From contig CM052816.1 of NCBI GenBank assembly GCA_028534125.1, positions 88,352,001 to 88,416,000 on the forward strand: a stretch of 64,000 nt of DNA, read 5' to 3'. Shown here one piece after another: positions 13,896 to 26,483 of the stretch. The notes under the pieces were generated by a model. That model saw only the letters and a program-made list of their open reading frames with translations, did no database searches and had not been told where the DNA came from. Both the position numbers and the translations under genes were made by a program. This stretch comes from Lama glama (Eukaryota). Every line of letters starts with the position of its first letter. Position 1 is the first letter of the stretch.

Positions 13896-15074
13896 CAATG
13901 GCATTCTGTGGCTAAAGGAAAGACATCTCAAGGGCTTGCTTCCATCCACTCATAATCCTCTCGTTAAGGGAACTGAATCGCTGGTTGTGGCTTCTAAAAG
14001 TTTCCTTGGAGATGGTATCAGGTAGATCATTGTACTTATCCTGTCTACTGTTAAACAGTTTACTTTGATTTATTAAGCTTATCTGCTTATTAGGCAATGA
14101 AGTTCCCAAAGTGCTGTGAGCTGGCTATACACACTGTCAGTCTAACAGTATTGTGGAGTTTTACTTTTATTAATTTGAACTATCTGATTTTTATGTAGTA
14201 AAAGAAAAATTTTATAGGCGCACCCAAAAAAAGAAGTGAACTACTAAAAGAATTCTTCTTTTAGTATTTGTCTGTAATATTGTTCAAATATGTGATTTCC
14301 AGTTTTACATTCTTTTGTCTAGATGTTGAACCATCAAATGATATAATAGACGGTCATCCAAACAAAAGAATGGGAAAAACCTGACTGTGCAGTGGTCTAA
14401 ATCACTCCCAAAAGAAATCTGATATATTACTGTGACTCTCCAACCACAGTGTACATCTGGATTGATCATGTCCCCAAATAATAATGGTCTCTCCTCCAGC
14501 TCAGGCTGAAGAAGGACAACAAGGAAGGATATGAGATGCAAACAACTTATCTCAATATAGCAATTTTTTCCCTCTCTCTTGTAAGCTTTTGCCTGGGAAA
14601 GAAAAGAGCATTAAAAATCAAGTAAATTTACTGTTTGCCTCAGGAAGTTACTGAAGAACAATTTGTCTGAGACACCATGCTCAACTGCGTAAATGTCTTA
14701 TATTTTCAACAATAGTATAACTCATCAAAAGTTGCTTCAAGACCCTCTTCTTGCTGATTTTTTACTGTTTCAATGTTACTCAACTTGGGAGCCTCACTTC
14801 ACTCACTTGGGTCCATGCTCCACAACAAGGAAAACCCTGCTCTGAGTCCTCTCTATTGAGACTCTGCTAAGAAACTGACAAGGTGTCATACTTCCTTGAA
14901 TGAGTAAATTTTCATAAATTCAGTTTTGCTTTAAAAATAAGTTATATGATTATATTTGGGGAAGTTACACTGGTAAGAATACAAAATGATGTGAGCTCAG
15001 GCAAACTTCTGCAGAGTTGTGATTGTGCTACATACACTAGACAACACTTGTTACTTCAAAATCTACTTACTATG

Positions 15075-15190
15075 CAATTAACAGATTTTTTTGAGCACAT
15101 GCTAGATTCCAGGTGCTCATTTAAATGATACGGATGTAGAAGAGCGAACAAAAACAGATTCTCATTGAATGTAAATCCTGATGGAAATGC
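15075..15190 (-). mobile_element. L2 LINE 3' end
   Basis: caattaacagatttttttgagcacatgctagattccaggtgct...gaacaaaaacaga fits an antisense L2 terminus. Confidence 0.5.
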
Positions 15191-15488
15191 TACATGCATA
15201 GCTTGATGTTATAGTATGCTAAATGGGGAACCAGCTGACATAATCAGTATCGTGGAAACAAGTAACATTTTGGAGTGTTTCTCTTTACAAAACCACATAC
15301 TTTCATTTGTGGAGTGTGTATTTATGTTTGTGTCTCTGTAAGCGTGTAATGAAGCAGCTAACAATAATTTGATTCTTTAATTATTCAGTCAAGAAAAGTA
15401 TATTAAGAGCAAAAAGAAATCCTGGTTTAGCTACTAGCATTTATTTGGTCAACTGAGCATTTTTTCTTGAATGTAATATTATATCCCA

Positions 15489-15491
<3 letters not shown>

Positions 15492-15530
<39 letters not shown>
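15492..15530. repeat. (CA)n microsatellite, about 19 units
   Basis: uninterrupted cacaca run read directly. Confidence 0.98.
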
Positions 15531-15532
<2 letters not shown>

Positions 15533-16539
15533 CCATGATCTGTTATTTTCTGCTCATGGTAATAGAAGGAATAAAATATTGTTTCTATTATATACCAAAA
15601 CTAGCTATTTTGAGAGATGTCTCATTGGAAAAAGAACAAGTTACAGCTACTTTATAGATTCGTATGAGAATGTGATGTTTCTTTTCCAGAAATTTAAGTT
15701 CACATTTCAGTAAATGGACATCCTTTCCTGCAAACCTTGGGAATGCAACTGTTTCGAAAAACAATCTGTGCTGGAAAATGACATGTCACCTTGGGCAAAA
15801 GACAATCACAAACAGTAATCACACAGCAAATCAGGCAACGCAGACATCCCTCTCCCACTTACAGTTGAGAATCTTTGCCTCTGGAATGTACACGGGAAAG
15901 TTGACTTGGGGGTGAATGTCTCTGACGCTTCAGAGAGAAAATCATTTGAACAACAACTCAGCTGACACAACCAAACGTATGCAAACTGCGAAGGAACAAG
16001 GGTCTTTCATATTAGTTCAGCTGCCAGGAAAGTGGAAAATAAGGTGAACCTTCTTTGCTAAGCCATCATCTTTCTTCCAAGTCTCATCATTATTGATTCA
16101 GTTTGCAACCTCACCAGCTTAATCCCAGGCTGTGTTCCATGACACTGAAGGACAATTAAATTTCAGCCACGACAGTGGAAAAGAAGATGGCAGGAGAGCA
16201 TGGCAGCGTTGGAATTCATTTCTACTATTAGATACATTTTGTGACCAAATAATTTAACTTGTACATTTCCACAGCACTCTAACCAAGATGAACAGTTATT
16301 CGAGTAGAGGTTAGATTTGTGATTTTGAAAATCAGGCCCTTCTTTTCTAAGAGTCAGACTGCGTTTAATTTTTAAAAATTTTTGCAGTGTGTAGCTAATG
16401 CCTGAAACCTTGACCACTTCCATTTCCTTTTAATGCCTCACTTCCTTTTCAACAAACTTTCATGTTTGGCTAAATGTAAGTATATACATTTGCTATCTGT
16501 AACCAAAATAGTGTTCAGTAATAGACACTTCCTAATGTA

Positions 16540-17016
16540 CGGTTCCCCATTATCCATGGGGGACATGTTCTAAGCCCCCAGTGGAAGCCTGAAAAAGATG
16601 GTACTGAACCCTATACCTACTATGCTTTTTTTCCCCTGTAATATTATGATAAAGTTTAGTTTATCAACTGGGCATAGTGAGAGACTATTTGAATTGCTAG
16701 CACCACTACTTTTCACTTTGGGGCCATTATTAAGTAAAATAAAAATTACTTGAACACCACCACTGTGCTACAGAGATATTGAGCCAGCTGCTAAGTGACT
16801 ATCTGGCAGGATACACTGGACGAAAGGATGCTTCAGCTCCAGAGGGGGACAGAGCAAGATGACACAAGATTTCATCACAGTGCTCAGACTGGTGAACAGT
16901 TTATAACTTATGAATTATTTATTTCTGGAATTTTCCATTTAATATTTTTGGACTCTGGTTGACCATGAGTAACAGGAACAGCAAACAGTGAAACCATGGA
17001 TAACGGCAGGCTACTG
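16540..17016 (-). mobile_element. MER44-type MITE (TcMar-Tigger)
   Basis: imperfect TIRs cggttccccattatccatgg / ccatggataacggcaggctactg; TA at 16538-16539; internal tttatttctggaattttccatttaatatttttggac and ttggggccattattaagtaaaataa match the recalled MER44 consensus. Confidence 0.85.
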
Positions 17017-17069
17017 GGTACGAAAAATTCCTATTCTCTGTTTCTAGAATTTCTTTTTCTTTTTTTTTT

Positions 17070-17215
17070 CTGTAGCTCTAGCAGAAATTCAAGTGTAATA
17101 ATTTGTTCAGATCTTGTGTGTTTAATTTGTTCTCTTGTTATATTGCAAACACTGTGAAGGAAAGAAATTCTGTTCTCTTGCTTATAAATTTTTTCTCCAT
17201 TGTTGAAACACTCTA
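17070..17215 (+). mobile_element. L2 3' fragment interrupted by the following LTR
   Basis: tgtttaatttgttctcttgttatattgcaaacactgtgaaggaaagaaattctgttctcttg resembles the L2 3' UTR. Confidence 0.45.
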
Positions 17216-17708
17216 TGCATTATTTTCCTATTACTGCTATAACAAATTGCTATGTCTATTGACTTACAAGAACACAAATATTTTATCTTACAGTTCTGCA
17301 GGCCACATGTTTGATACGGGTCTCATTAGGCTGAAATCAAGGTGAGCAGTGTTATGTTGGAAACTCTGGGAGAGAACCTGTTTCTTTGTATATTCCAGCT
17401 CCTAGAGGTTCCTTTCATTCCTTGGCTTGTGGTCCTTTCCCTCCATTCTTCAAAGCTAGAAATGTTGCAACTCTGTTCTTCTATAGCCACATTTCTGTTA
17501 TTCTCACCAAAAAAAAAAAAAAGATCTCCACTTTTAATCTGTGTGATTAGATTGCGTCTGCAAGGAAAATCCAAAATAAGTCTCCCATCTCAATGTTCTT
17601 AACATAATAACACCTGCAAAATCTCTTTTTCCCTGTCAGATGACATAGTCACAGTTTTTAGGAATTAGGAACTGAGCATCTTAAGAGACCATTATGCTGC
17701 CTACCGCA
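17216..17708 (-). mobile_element. MaLR solo LTR (MLT1C-like)
   Basis: starts tgcattattttcctattactgctataacaaatt, contains ggtctcattaggctgaaatcaaggtg and cattccttggcttgtggtcc, and ends gaccattatgctgcctaccgca, giving TG...CA termini. Confidence 0.88.
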
Positions 17709-18146
17709 CTGTCTTAAACAGAGAAACTTTTTTTATAGATGAATTAATTTCAAATAGATCGAGTGGTGATTCTATGTGAACATTAAATAAGTTGAGTATT
17801 ATACTGATCAGCACTTAATTGATATTAAAAGTTATAAACTAAATACAGAAAATTCATTAAAAAACTAGAGGGAGGAAAAAAGTCTGCACCATTTCCTTGT
17901 TTTCCCTTTTCCCAAACACACATATACTTCTTCATTTTAAAGATAGCAAGCATCCAGGATATTCATCAAATATTAAGCTTGGGAGGAAAATAACACCCCT
18001 AATCAATTATTTGCTTCGGGGCTGAGGTCCTCCCCTTACTAAGAGTACAGTGGGCTTTAAATTCTGAAAAGTTTCTTTCAACCTGGTCTGGAAAGATTCA
18101 GCTTTCCGGCCTGTATGACTCCAGCATTTACAGACTTTCTCTATGT

Positions 18147-18361
18147 CGGTAGTTTCCAAGCAGGGATGACATTTTTCTTCCTGTAGGACGCTTGTCAATG
18201 TCCGGAGACTTTTTGGTTACGGTAACTGGGTAGGAGTACTACTTGTATTTAGTGGTAGAGGCCAGAGATACTGGTAAATGTCCTACAGCACAATAGCTAG
18301 CTCCCCACAACAAAAAATTGTCTGGTATAAAATATCAGATTGCTAAAGTTTAGAAACTCAA
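18147..18361 (+). mobile_element. MER20 MITE (hAT-Charlie)
   Basis: caatgtccggagactttttggtt...tagtggtagaggccagagatactggtaaatgtcctaca...ccccacaacaaaaaatt follows MER20; flanks ctctatgt / ctctattc are a 6/8 match for an 8-bp hAT TSD. Confidence 0.85.
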
Positions 18362-21300
18362 CTCTATTCTCTTTCTTTCTGTTCTAAGAAAACCAATTCT
18401 TTCTTGCCTGAGTCCATCTCTTTCCTGTAATTCATTGTGGAACACAACATGTATGAACACATGCACATGAACTTTCTGGCTTTTCCCAAACATGATGATC
18501 TAAGGGCATTTGGTTGAACTCCAATTGATTTCAGGTGACAGTTCCAATAAATATATTTTTCAGTGAATACACTAGGTCTCCATCTTTCAATCCTCTGAGG
18601 TTAGTTTTCTTGCCCATGCAATGCTAATTTAGTGCAAATACTTTAGGGTTTGTTATGATAGAGACAATTCAAGCAATGGATATCTGTATTATTTGAAATA
18701 ACGCCAACTGCTTTGTCAACTAGACCCAACAACATATAATACTGTAAACATAATAGAAATTTGATGAATGCATACAACCTCAGTGCAAAATAATGTTTTA
18801 ATAAGAAAGATGTCAGTACGTAGATATTGTAAAATGTTTTATTTTCATTGGTATCAGTCAATTTAAATAGTGATGGTAACATTATGTAATCATCATTACA
18901 TACAAAGTTCTCAAAAACAAATCACAATTGTCATTCTAGTGTTTATACACTAAAGAAGGCAGACCCCAGATCTATACTTTTAAAGATGTACCCTCAGGGG
19001 CAAAGAAAGTACCACAGTATTAAGATTCGGTATCACAGGTCAATGGGGTTGACTTTTCTTTTTGACCTTGAGATCCTAAACAAATCTATTCCCTCATCCA
19101 TTGGAAGTATTAACCAGACACAGACTGGCATAAAGGGTGCTTAACATTTTTGCTATTTACTTTTCTACTGTTGATTTTATAACTTTTTTAATTTATAGTT
19201 TTCAAAGGGTCTGTGCAAGCTTAATGGGTTTAGCCAATCCACTTGAATTTTGGTGTTAAAAAGAGTCTGACAACTTGTAGATGTTTTTAATTTAGGTTTG
19301 ATTTAGTCAATGTTAATATGAACTAAGACTCCATTATGAATGGAGGAGGCAGAAAAGGGCCTCAGAGATTTGAAAAAGAGCATTCAATCTGGAAATTCCA
19401 TTTGCAACACAATCTTTCACAAAATGAATTAGTAGATAAAATTTCACAGAGGCGGGAAGACCGCTTGCTGAAATATCTGAGATACAAGTGATGATATCAG
19501 ACATAGGGAACGACTGTAGGTTATCAGAGACATTTGCCACCTGAGTAATATGTTGATTTTAAAGAGAAGCTCCATAAGAGCTTTTAGCACTGTATCAGTT
19601 AAAAGTTTGCAGATGCGAATTAATATTTAAGAAATTGACCCTTTGTGAGTTTATGGGTAGAATGCACATTCAATTCTTGCATGTAGCACCCTCATTGATC
19701 AAGTACTTTTGTAAAGCTATCATTCTATTTTTGTTCTCATTCTTGCTTGCATTTTTTTTAAACAGTTTTTGAAATGTTATGAAACAAGTTGAGATCTGTC
19801 AATATGACGACTTCTCATTACAGTTTTTATTTTTCACTGAATCCTTCTTTTATTGTTTACTTAAGATTAGTCACAAAACATGCAGGAAGAGCTGGGATCA
19901 CATTTGTGTAAAGATCTACTCCTGAGTATTTTATAGAAGTGTTACAGTGTCTACCAAAAAAATTTCCAATTAATATATCACTTCATTGCTTCTAGGACTG
20001 GATTAGTGGTTAAAAATTTTTGTTTGGATGGGAAAAGCTTAGTGCTTACACAATGTCTACAGATTTCTAAATGTTTCTGTGTTCTCATGCAATTCGAGGT
20101 ATCTTATGTCATCTTCAGAGTTTTCCCATTTTGCCTTTCCATCTTTTTCTTTTTTTTTTTGAAACTGAGGTTTCTTATATCATATAAATCAACTGATGTA
20201 AATCTGGTAACTGTGGAGTATATGCTTTTAAAACTATTCAATCCTTCTATATATTTCTATGTATGAATCCTGTCCAGGTTTTGGAGAATATTTGAAAGTG
20301 AATCTTAGCTCAGATCAATACCAGGGCTAAAATATAACCACAATGGGCTTTCTCTGTAATAAATAAAGTTAAATTTTAGAATATGATTGAACTTTTGGAT
20401 ACTTAGTATGAGAAAGAAGCCAGAAAGAATGTTATAAACGGAGAATATAAAGGGAGAGAAAAAACTGTGATATAAACACTGGCCATTTCAAGTCAAGATT
20501 TGGAGAGAAGGGGTAATAAACACAAGCTAGTTTCAGATTTATCTTTTGCCTTGCCTATAAATTTCTTTTTTTATTATTTTAAAGGAACAATTTTGGAATC
20601 TGAATTTCTTTTAAAAGTTTTCATATAACACTAAAAATATTCAGGGCATTAGATGTTATGTTCCTTTTTGTTCCATTATCATTCTAAGCAACCTGTTAAA
20701 CATTTTCATTCTATAAAAGGGTTTCTAAAGAGGTGACTGTAATTTTAAAAGATGCTTGGTGAAATTATGTTATTTTAGAATTTTAAGCACACAAAACAGA
20801 ATTCTTGTATGAACAGATATAAGAAGCAGGAGTTTGCCTATAGAAATTGTGGATCTAAACAAAGCTGAACACATAAGAGTCTAGTGATGAATGAGTGAAG
20901 AACTCAGTTTTGAAATTTGTCATGGAACCCTAACTTGATATTTGGATCTTTTTAATTGAGAACCAATACATCTGAAATCCTAAGCAGCCAGAATATTTGG
21001 AGTAAAAATATCTTTCAGGAATAGATTCTCACAGGTAAAACAAAGGTAAGCTTTCATAAAATTCTGATAGGTGACCCAAAGCAAAATGTGCTCTATAAGT
21101 ATGCTGATCTCATGAGATCTTCTGACCCCACCAGCTTAGGGTCAAACTGCAGGACAAATTTATTAAATTTAAGCCCGTTCTTTTTCCTATGAACTTCACT
21201 TTATAAGTTCATAAAAATGTGATGAGTAAGTACAGAAAGAAAGTCAGCAAGTACTAAGGCAGGTTTTTATAATGGGTAATATATGATCAAATGATCAAAA

Positions 21301-21409
21301 GATTACTAAAAAATCATTCCTCACTTCTAGGAGTCAAAGTAAACACAGAACTTGAGAGTCCAATGAAAAACACATTAGATTTCAAATCTAACACAAAATT
21401 TACTTCATC

Positions 21410-22005
21410 ATTGTAATCAAGGAGGTCCCCAAGTGGATGGTTCAAGGGGCTTCAGAGAAGCTCTAGGATCTTGAACCATAACAGGAAGGGTGTCTTGGAT
21501 GGTTCCAATTGAACCTCCGAGGCTGTTTATTATCTCCCCAACAGACCAACTAAAGCATATTGATTAAGCAAAGCTAAATGAAAAAGGATGGCCATAAGGG
21601 AGAACACTACTTTGGCAGGGTAATGTTCTAGGTGAGTAGATAATTAGATGGTATTTCTAGGCTGTTGAAGTCTGGGCTCAGGGGGTTAAGGTGGGACTTT
21701 CAAGACCAGTAACTGATGAGAAGAGGTGAAGTTAACGACGTAAGTGTTTAGGATTGAGGCACAGTGAGTTGAAGCCCTTGAAGTGAGTCTTCATAAATAA
21801 ACTACTGTTTAATAAATACCTATCTGTCTAGGTGAGCAATCTGTTGTCTGAGAGGAGAGTTGTTTGTTCACACAAACTGGTTTGCACGAATATCCTGAAG
21901 CAAACAATAAAGTTATTTATTGATTTACATCCTTAACTTCCTGAAAAATAATTTTCTGAAATAAATTTTTAAATCATGTTGATACAGATGGTCTCAAGTT
22001 TCAAT
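21410..22005 (-). mobile_element. Old ERV-class LTR-like element (family uncertain)
   Basis: about 600 bp of higher GC ending in atcatgttgatacagatggtctcaagtttca, reminiscent of MER-series ERV LTRs; recalled similarity only. Confidence 0.35.
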
Positions 22006-23079
22006 TTTAACAGTTAAGCTATGTAAATAGATAACCTTAAAGTTTCTGTGTCCTGTTGATTAACAGTATCTAGTAAAGATCATATTACTTTTATTTGCTA
22101 TGAGCTTCAGCTCAAAGTCTTAAAAAACACTTTGATTTCTGATCCTTAATGAAATCCTTGTAACTGTGATGATTTTTTTAAGCTGGATGTATGTTGTGTG
22201 TGTGTGAGTGTGTTTGTATGGTCAGCACATTCCAAAATATCTTCTCTAAAATTTCAGTTTAAAATGAAAGGAAGAAGTATTAAATTGTTTAAATCCCTTA
22301 TTACTCAAATCCTATATTACTTCAATTGATTGCTCTGTATTTTTATGGCAAAATTTTTGATATGTTGTCATGAATTTAAATGAAAAACCTGTTCAGCAAG
22401 AAAACAGAAGTATTTACTTGCAAAAAGGATTCACAACCATATGTCATTTACAGAAAAGAATCAATTCTTCAGGGCATAAAAGCATAAATTTCCTTCTGTT
22501 TATGTGGGAGTAAGCAAAATGACCATTATTATACATTTTTCACAGTTATCTCTAAAGCTTCAGGTAAAACTGCTTTGATGGAGAAAAAATAAAAATAAAT
22601 TGCTAGAGTTTCATAGTTACAAATTGGGAAATAAAAATGAAATTGTTGCTTGAATTTTGTACTTCTCTCCAGGGAATTAAAAGCAATATATAAATATTTT
22701 TTACAAATGTTGATATAGTTCCATGTTGATTTCATATGTGAGCAATTTGCCTTCTGTTAAGCTCACTATTGCATTTTTTTTAATTCAAACTGGAATGCAC
22801 TTGTCTGCTAGAAATTTTGATATCTTCATTTGAAATGATGTTAATAATACAGTCTGAGAAATAGTAAACCTATTTCTCAGCATTAAAAAATATGTTGTGC
22901 TTTTGACTAATATATGACAGAGTGAACTCATACTTAACTGAACCTAAGGAAGAATATTTCATCTCCAAGGAAAATTAAATAGCAATGCTGTAGCTACACT
23001 CACATCTGACATTTAAAGTAACATAATGTAATAGAATATAATATAATCTATAAATATTATACCAATGTCATACATATAA

Positions 23080-23285
23080 TAAAGAAAGCTAAAAAAAACT
23101 CTCCTGAATAGCACAAATTTAGACTTGAATACGTGGAAAGAAGTATCATATTTCTTGGAAAAGACTCAAAATCATAAATGTATCAGTTCTCCTTAAGTAA
23201 AATTATACTTTTCATGTTATTAGAAAATAGTGTTTTCTGGGGCTTATTTTCTGGAGTTCAGATAAGTTGACTGAAATGGAATTAG
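23080..23285 (+). mobile_element. Ancient L1 ORF2 fragment
   Basis: translates as DLNTWKEV...RLKIINVSVLLK, compared with L1 ORF2 DLNKWKDI...RLNIVKMSILPK. Confidence 0.65.
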
Positions 23286-23299
23286 AGGAATAAATCAGC

Positions 23300-23678
23300 A
23301 GGAGTCTGAAATCAAGGTATTTTCAGGACAATGCTCCCTCTGAGGGAAGTCATCTCCCTGTGTGTTCTCTTCCCTTCTGGTGTTGCCAGCAATCCTTGGT
23401 GTTCCTTGGTGCATAAATGCGTCCCTCTGATCTCTCTGTTTCTGTCTTCACATGGCCGTCTCCTTGTTCATAACTGTGTCTTCAATGGCTTTCTCCTCAG
23501 TATGTCCATGTCTCTTCTCCTTTTATAAAAACCTTAGTCGTATTGTGTTTGGTCCCATCTTAATGATATCATCTTAACTTGATTAGATCTTCAGACTATG
23601 TCCAAATAACATTGAATTCATGGGACAGTTGGGACATCAATGTATGAATTTTCAGGTGGCCTAATTCAAACCATAACA
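23300..23678 (-). mobile_element. MaLR LTR (MLT1B-like), partial
   Basis: agtctgaaatcaaggt, gccagcaatccttggtgttccttgg, gtcttcacatggccgtct, catcttaacttgatta and the terminus aattcaaaccataaca match MLT1A/B. Confidence 0.85.
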
Positions 23679-24054
23679 TCATCTTACTGTTTCACCCACT
23701 AATGAATTAATAAATCTTTGATACATAAACTTTCTGACATTTGAATGAGAGTCTTTCTTAAAATTATACTCTTGTTTATTTTGTTCTACCCAGATGCATA
23801 AATGGAATCACCTGCCTGAACCAATTAAGGTATGTTGCCTGAGTAGTGTATTTCATTAATGTTTAAATGCAAGAATACATCATTTTGCCCCTAGAAAAAG
23901 AGAAATAGAATCCATCTTTATTGTGTCCCTATTTCTCTGTTTTCCTTGACTTCATTTTTTGTTGTTGTTCTTATTTCTGTTATTTCTGGTTATTGTTCAA
24001 AATTGGTCAAGTTCTTCATGATCATCTATGGAAAATGAATTATTCTCCAACATT

Positions 24055-24400
24055 TTAATACTGGCTAGTTCCTCCAGTATAATGTTGAATAGAAACAGTG
24101 AGAGGGGTCATTTTTGCCTTATTCTTATCTTCAGTAAAGAGTGTTTAATATTTTATAATTTATGATGTTAATTAAGAGTTTTTATAGTTACTTTTTACCA
24201 GGTTGAGGAAGTTATTTTCTGTTCCCATTTTGCTGAGAAGTCTTATAAATTAATGATGAATTTAGTAAGATCTTTTTCTGCATATAAGTACATGATCACA
24301 TTATTTTATATTCTTTAATTTTGTTAATTTGGTGAATGGCATTGATTTATTTTCAAATGATAAGTTTACTTTGTATTTAAGATAATATTTTACTACTTTT
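24055..24400 (-). mobile_element. Ancient L1 ORF2 (RT region) fragment
   Basis: the reverse strand reads PLSLFLFNIILEELAS, compared with L1 RT PLSPLLFNIVLEVLA; also ccaggttgaggaagtt and gtgaatggcattgatt. Confidence 0.8.
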
Positions 24401-24479
24401 AATGTTTATCTCAGAGTTGGAAGATAGAACTGTTCAGTGGGTTCTTTAATAGGTTTTGGAATATTATTTTTCAAAGAAA

Positions 24480-25100
24480 AATATGTAGATATTACTTCAA
24501 ATCTCAGTTGATAGTACAGCAAATGATGTCTATAATAGAAAATACGAATTTTAGAAACCCTTTTGCAATGCAGACAAAAATAAATAGAAATGGAAAGAGA
24601 ACAGAGAAAATCATAGATATAAAATATGAGACAGAGTACAATAAAACATGAGTACCCATATCAATAGCAAAAAATGAGAATTTAAATACCATTCAAATAC
24701 AAAGGTACACAATAAAAGAATATTTCATGAAGTTTTTCTTTAATATTGTTGAATTTGTAAATCAAAATTCCAACTAAGTTTCTGACTACATTAATAAATA
24801 CAGACCCATTTCTAAATACGTTATAGCATTTTAAATGCAATAATAAGAAAAAATAACCAAAATGACTACACAGAATTTTTTTTCTGTCATGTTAAATGTC
24901 TGGATGGCCTTCAACTTTTTTCTATAATCTATTATCTAAAGACTCAAGGAACTCTATTGGGTTCTGAAAAATATTTTGAGCCAGAAATTTTATAGTCCAT
25001 ATTTTTAAGGAATGGAAGTCTTAAAACATCCAATATATCCACTTGAAAAAAAAAAAGTGAATGAGGAACTACACATGAAAATGATTAATCAAAATCAGGA
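24480..25100 (+). mobile_element. Highly decayed L1 ORF1/HAL1-like region
   Basis: strong A skew with motifs aataaaagaatatttcatgaa, agacccatttctaaatacgttatagca and gagccagaaattttatagtcc resembling L1 ORF1 relics. Confidence 0.4.
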
Positions 25101-26383
25101 ATTAAAAATAAGATAAAAAATGATTAGAAGTAATATTAGTGACTACTAATCCACCTACATAAATTTAAGTAAAACTATATTTCCCATACCAAATAAGAAT
25201 TAAAATTTATTTTTGAAAAGTAAGATAAATGAATCAAATATTACAGTAAAATGGCTATATATCACAGAATAAAAAATGAAGAGGAGAATGATATTTTTAA
25301 ATGCTAAATTCCTTGCATGATATATTTACTATTTTTAATTATTTGCATTGTGAATGAATCAATCTGTTTGAAATACTTAAGGAAACAAAATATGGCAGCT
25401 CTATTTTATTTTGAAGATAATTACAAAAAATTAAAATAAGTGGCTGTTGTAATTACAATAGGATATATTAAGATATTGCTTGGAAGAAAAAAAAAAAACC
25501 ACAAAACAAAACCAGAAAAGAAGCTCTGTATCATTTTAACAACTCACGAAAGCCATCTAATTTTCCCTAAAGAGGTGGAAATTAAAATTATTTAACAAGG
25601 AAGATGCACACTGCTCAAAAATAAAAGGGTAATTAAAGATATATTGATATATTTTGGATAAAAGAAAATAAAAAAGAAAGCAGATCTGTAATGTACAAAG
25701 CAGAACTCACAGTAATAATGTATAAAGCGTGCCTCAATGTATTGATAAAAGCCTGAGAGGATGCAATGATGAATTGTTATGCATTATTATTAAAATAATA
25801 ATGAAAATATTAAGTATATAAATTTGACAATTTGTAATTAAGAAGAGAAGTTGGCAGACACAAATTGAAACAAAATACAAACTTTCAATATCAAAACCCT
25901 AAGTTGCCCATGCTTTTCTAGTGATATATTTAGGTATGATATGCAGGACAGAGTGTCCAGATTTTAGTTATGGATAAACACAGACATTGAACCAGATCCC
26001 AGAATGACCAGTTGACTAGAAATAGGCCATAGATCAGGTAGGCCATTCAAAGGTTGATAAAATTTTAGTCCCCTTGGAAATATGATCCCAAATAAAAAGA
26101 AAGAAAATAGATGTGATTATAGATGAGGGTGGATTGTTCCCAGACTGATTAAGGATTACTACAAAAAGTCTTAAAGCTAAAATAAGTCTTAACTTGAGTT
26201 AGTAAAAAAAAAAAGCTTTTTCTATTGGGCAGAAATAAATAATGAAAAAAATAAACTTAAATTTTAATTTCCATAAACTATCACTTCCTTTTAAGCTTTC
26301 AGGAAGGCCACTGAAGAATTCTGATTAAGGGATCCACAGGGACAAATTTGCGTCATAGGCTTGACACTTAAGAAAATATCAAG

Positions 26384-26483
26384 AAGTGCTTCTCAAATTT
26401 TAATGAGCTATAAGTGATCTGAGATCTTACAAAGAAGTGGATCTAGTAGGGTGAGAGTGGGACCCAATATTCTGAATTTCTAC
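26384..26483. mobile_element. MER5-like hAT-Charlie fragment
   Basis: agtgcttctcaaattttaatgag...agtagggtgagagtgggacccaatattctgaatttcta resembles MER5A. Confidence 0.55.

Noticed and set aside
14305..14541. Minus-strand ORF with an acceptor-like ccttcttcag
   Set aside because: No convincing donor and an unrecognised peptide.
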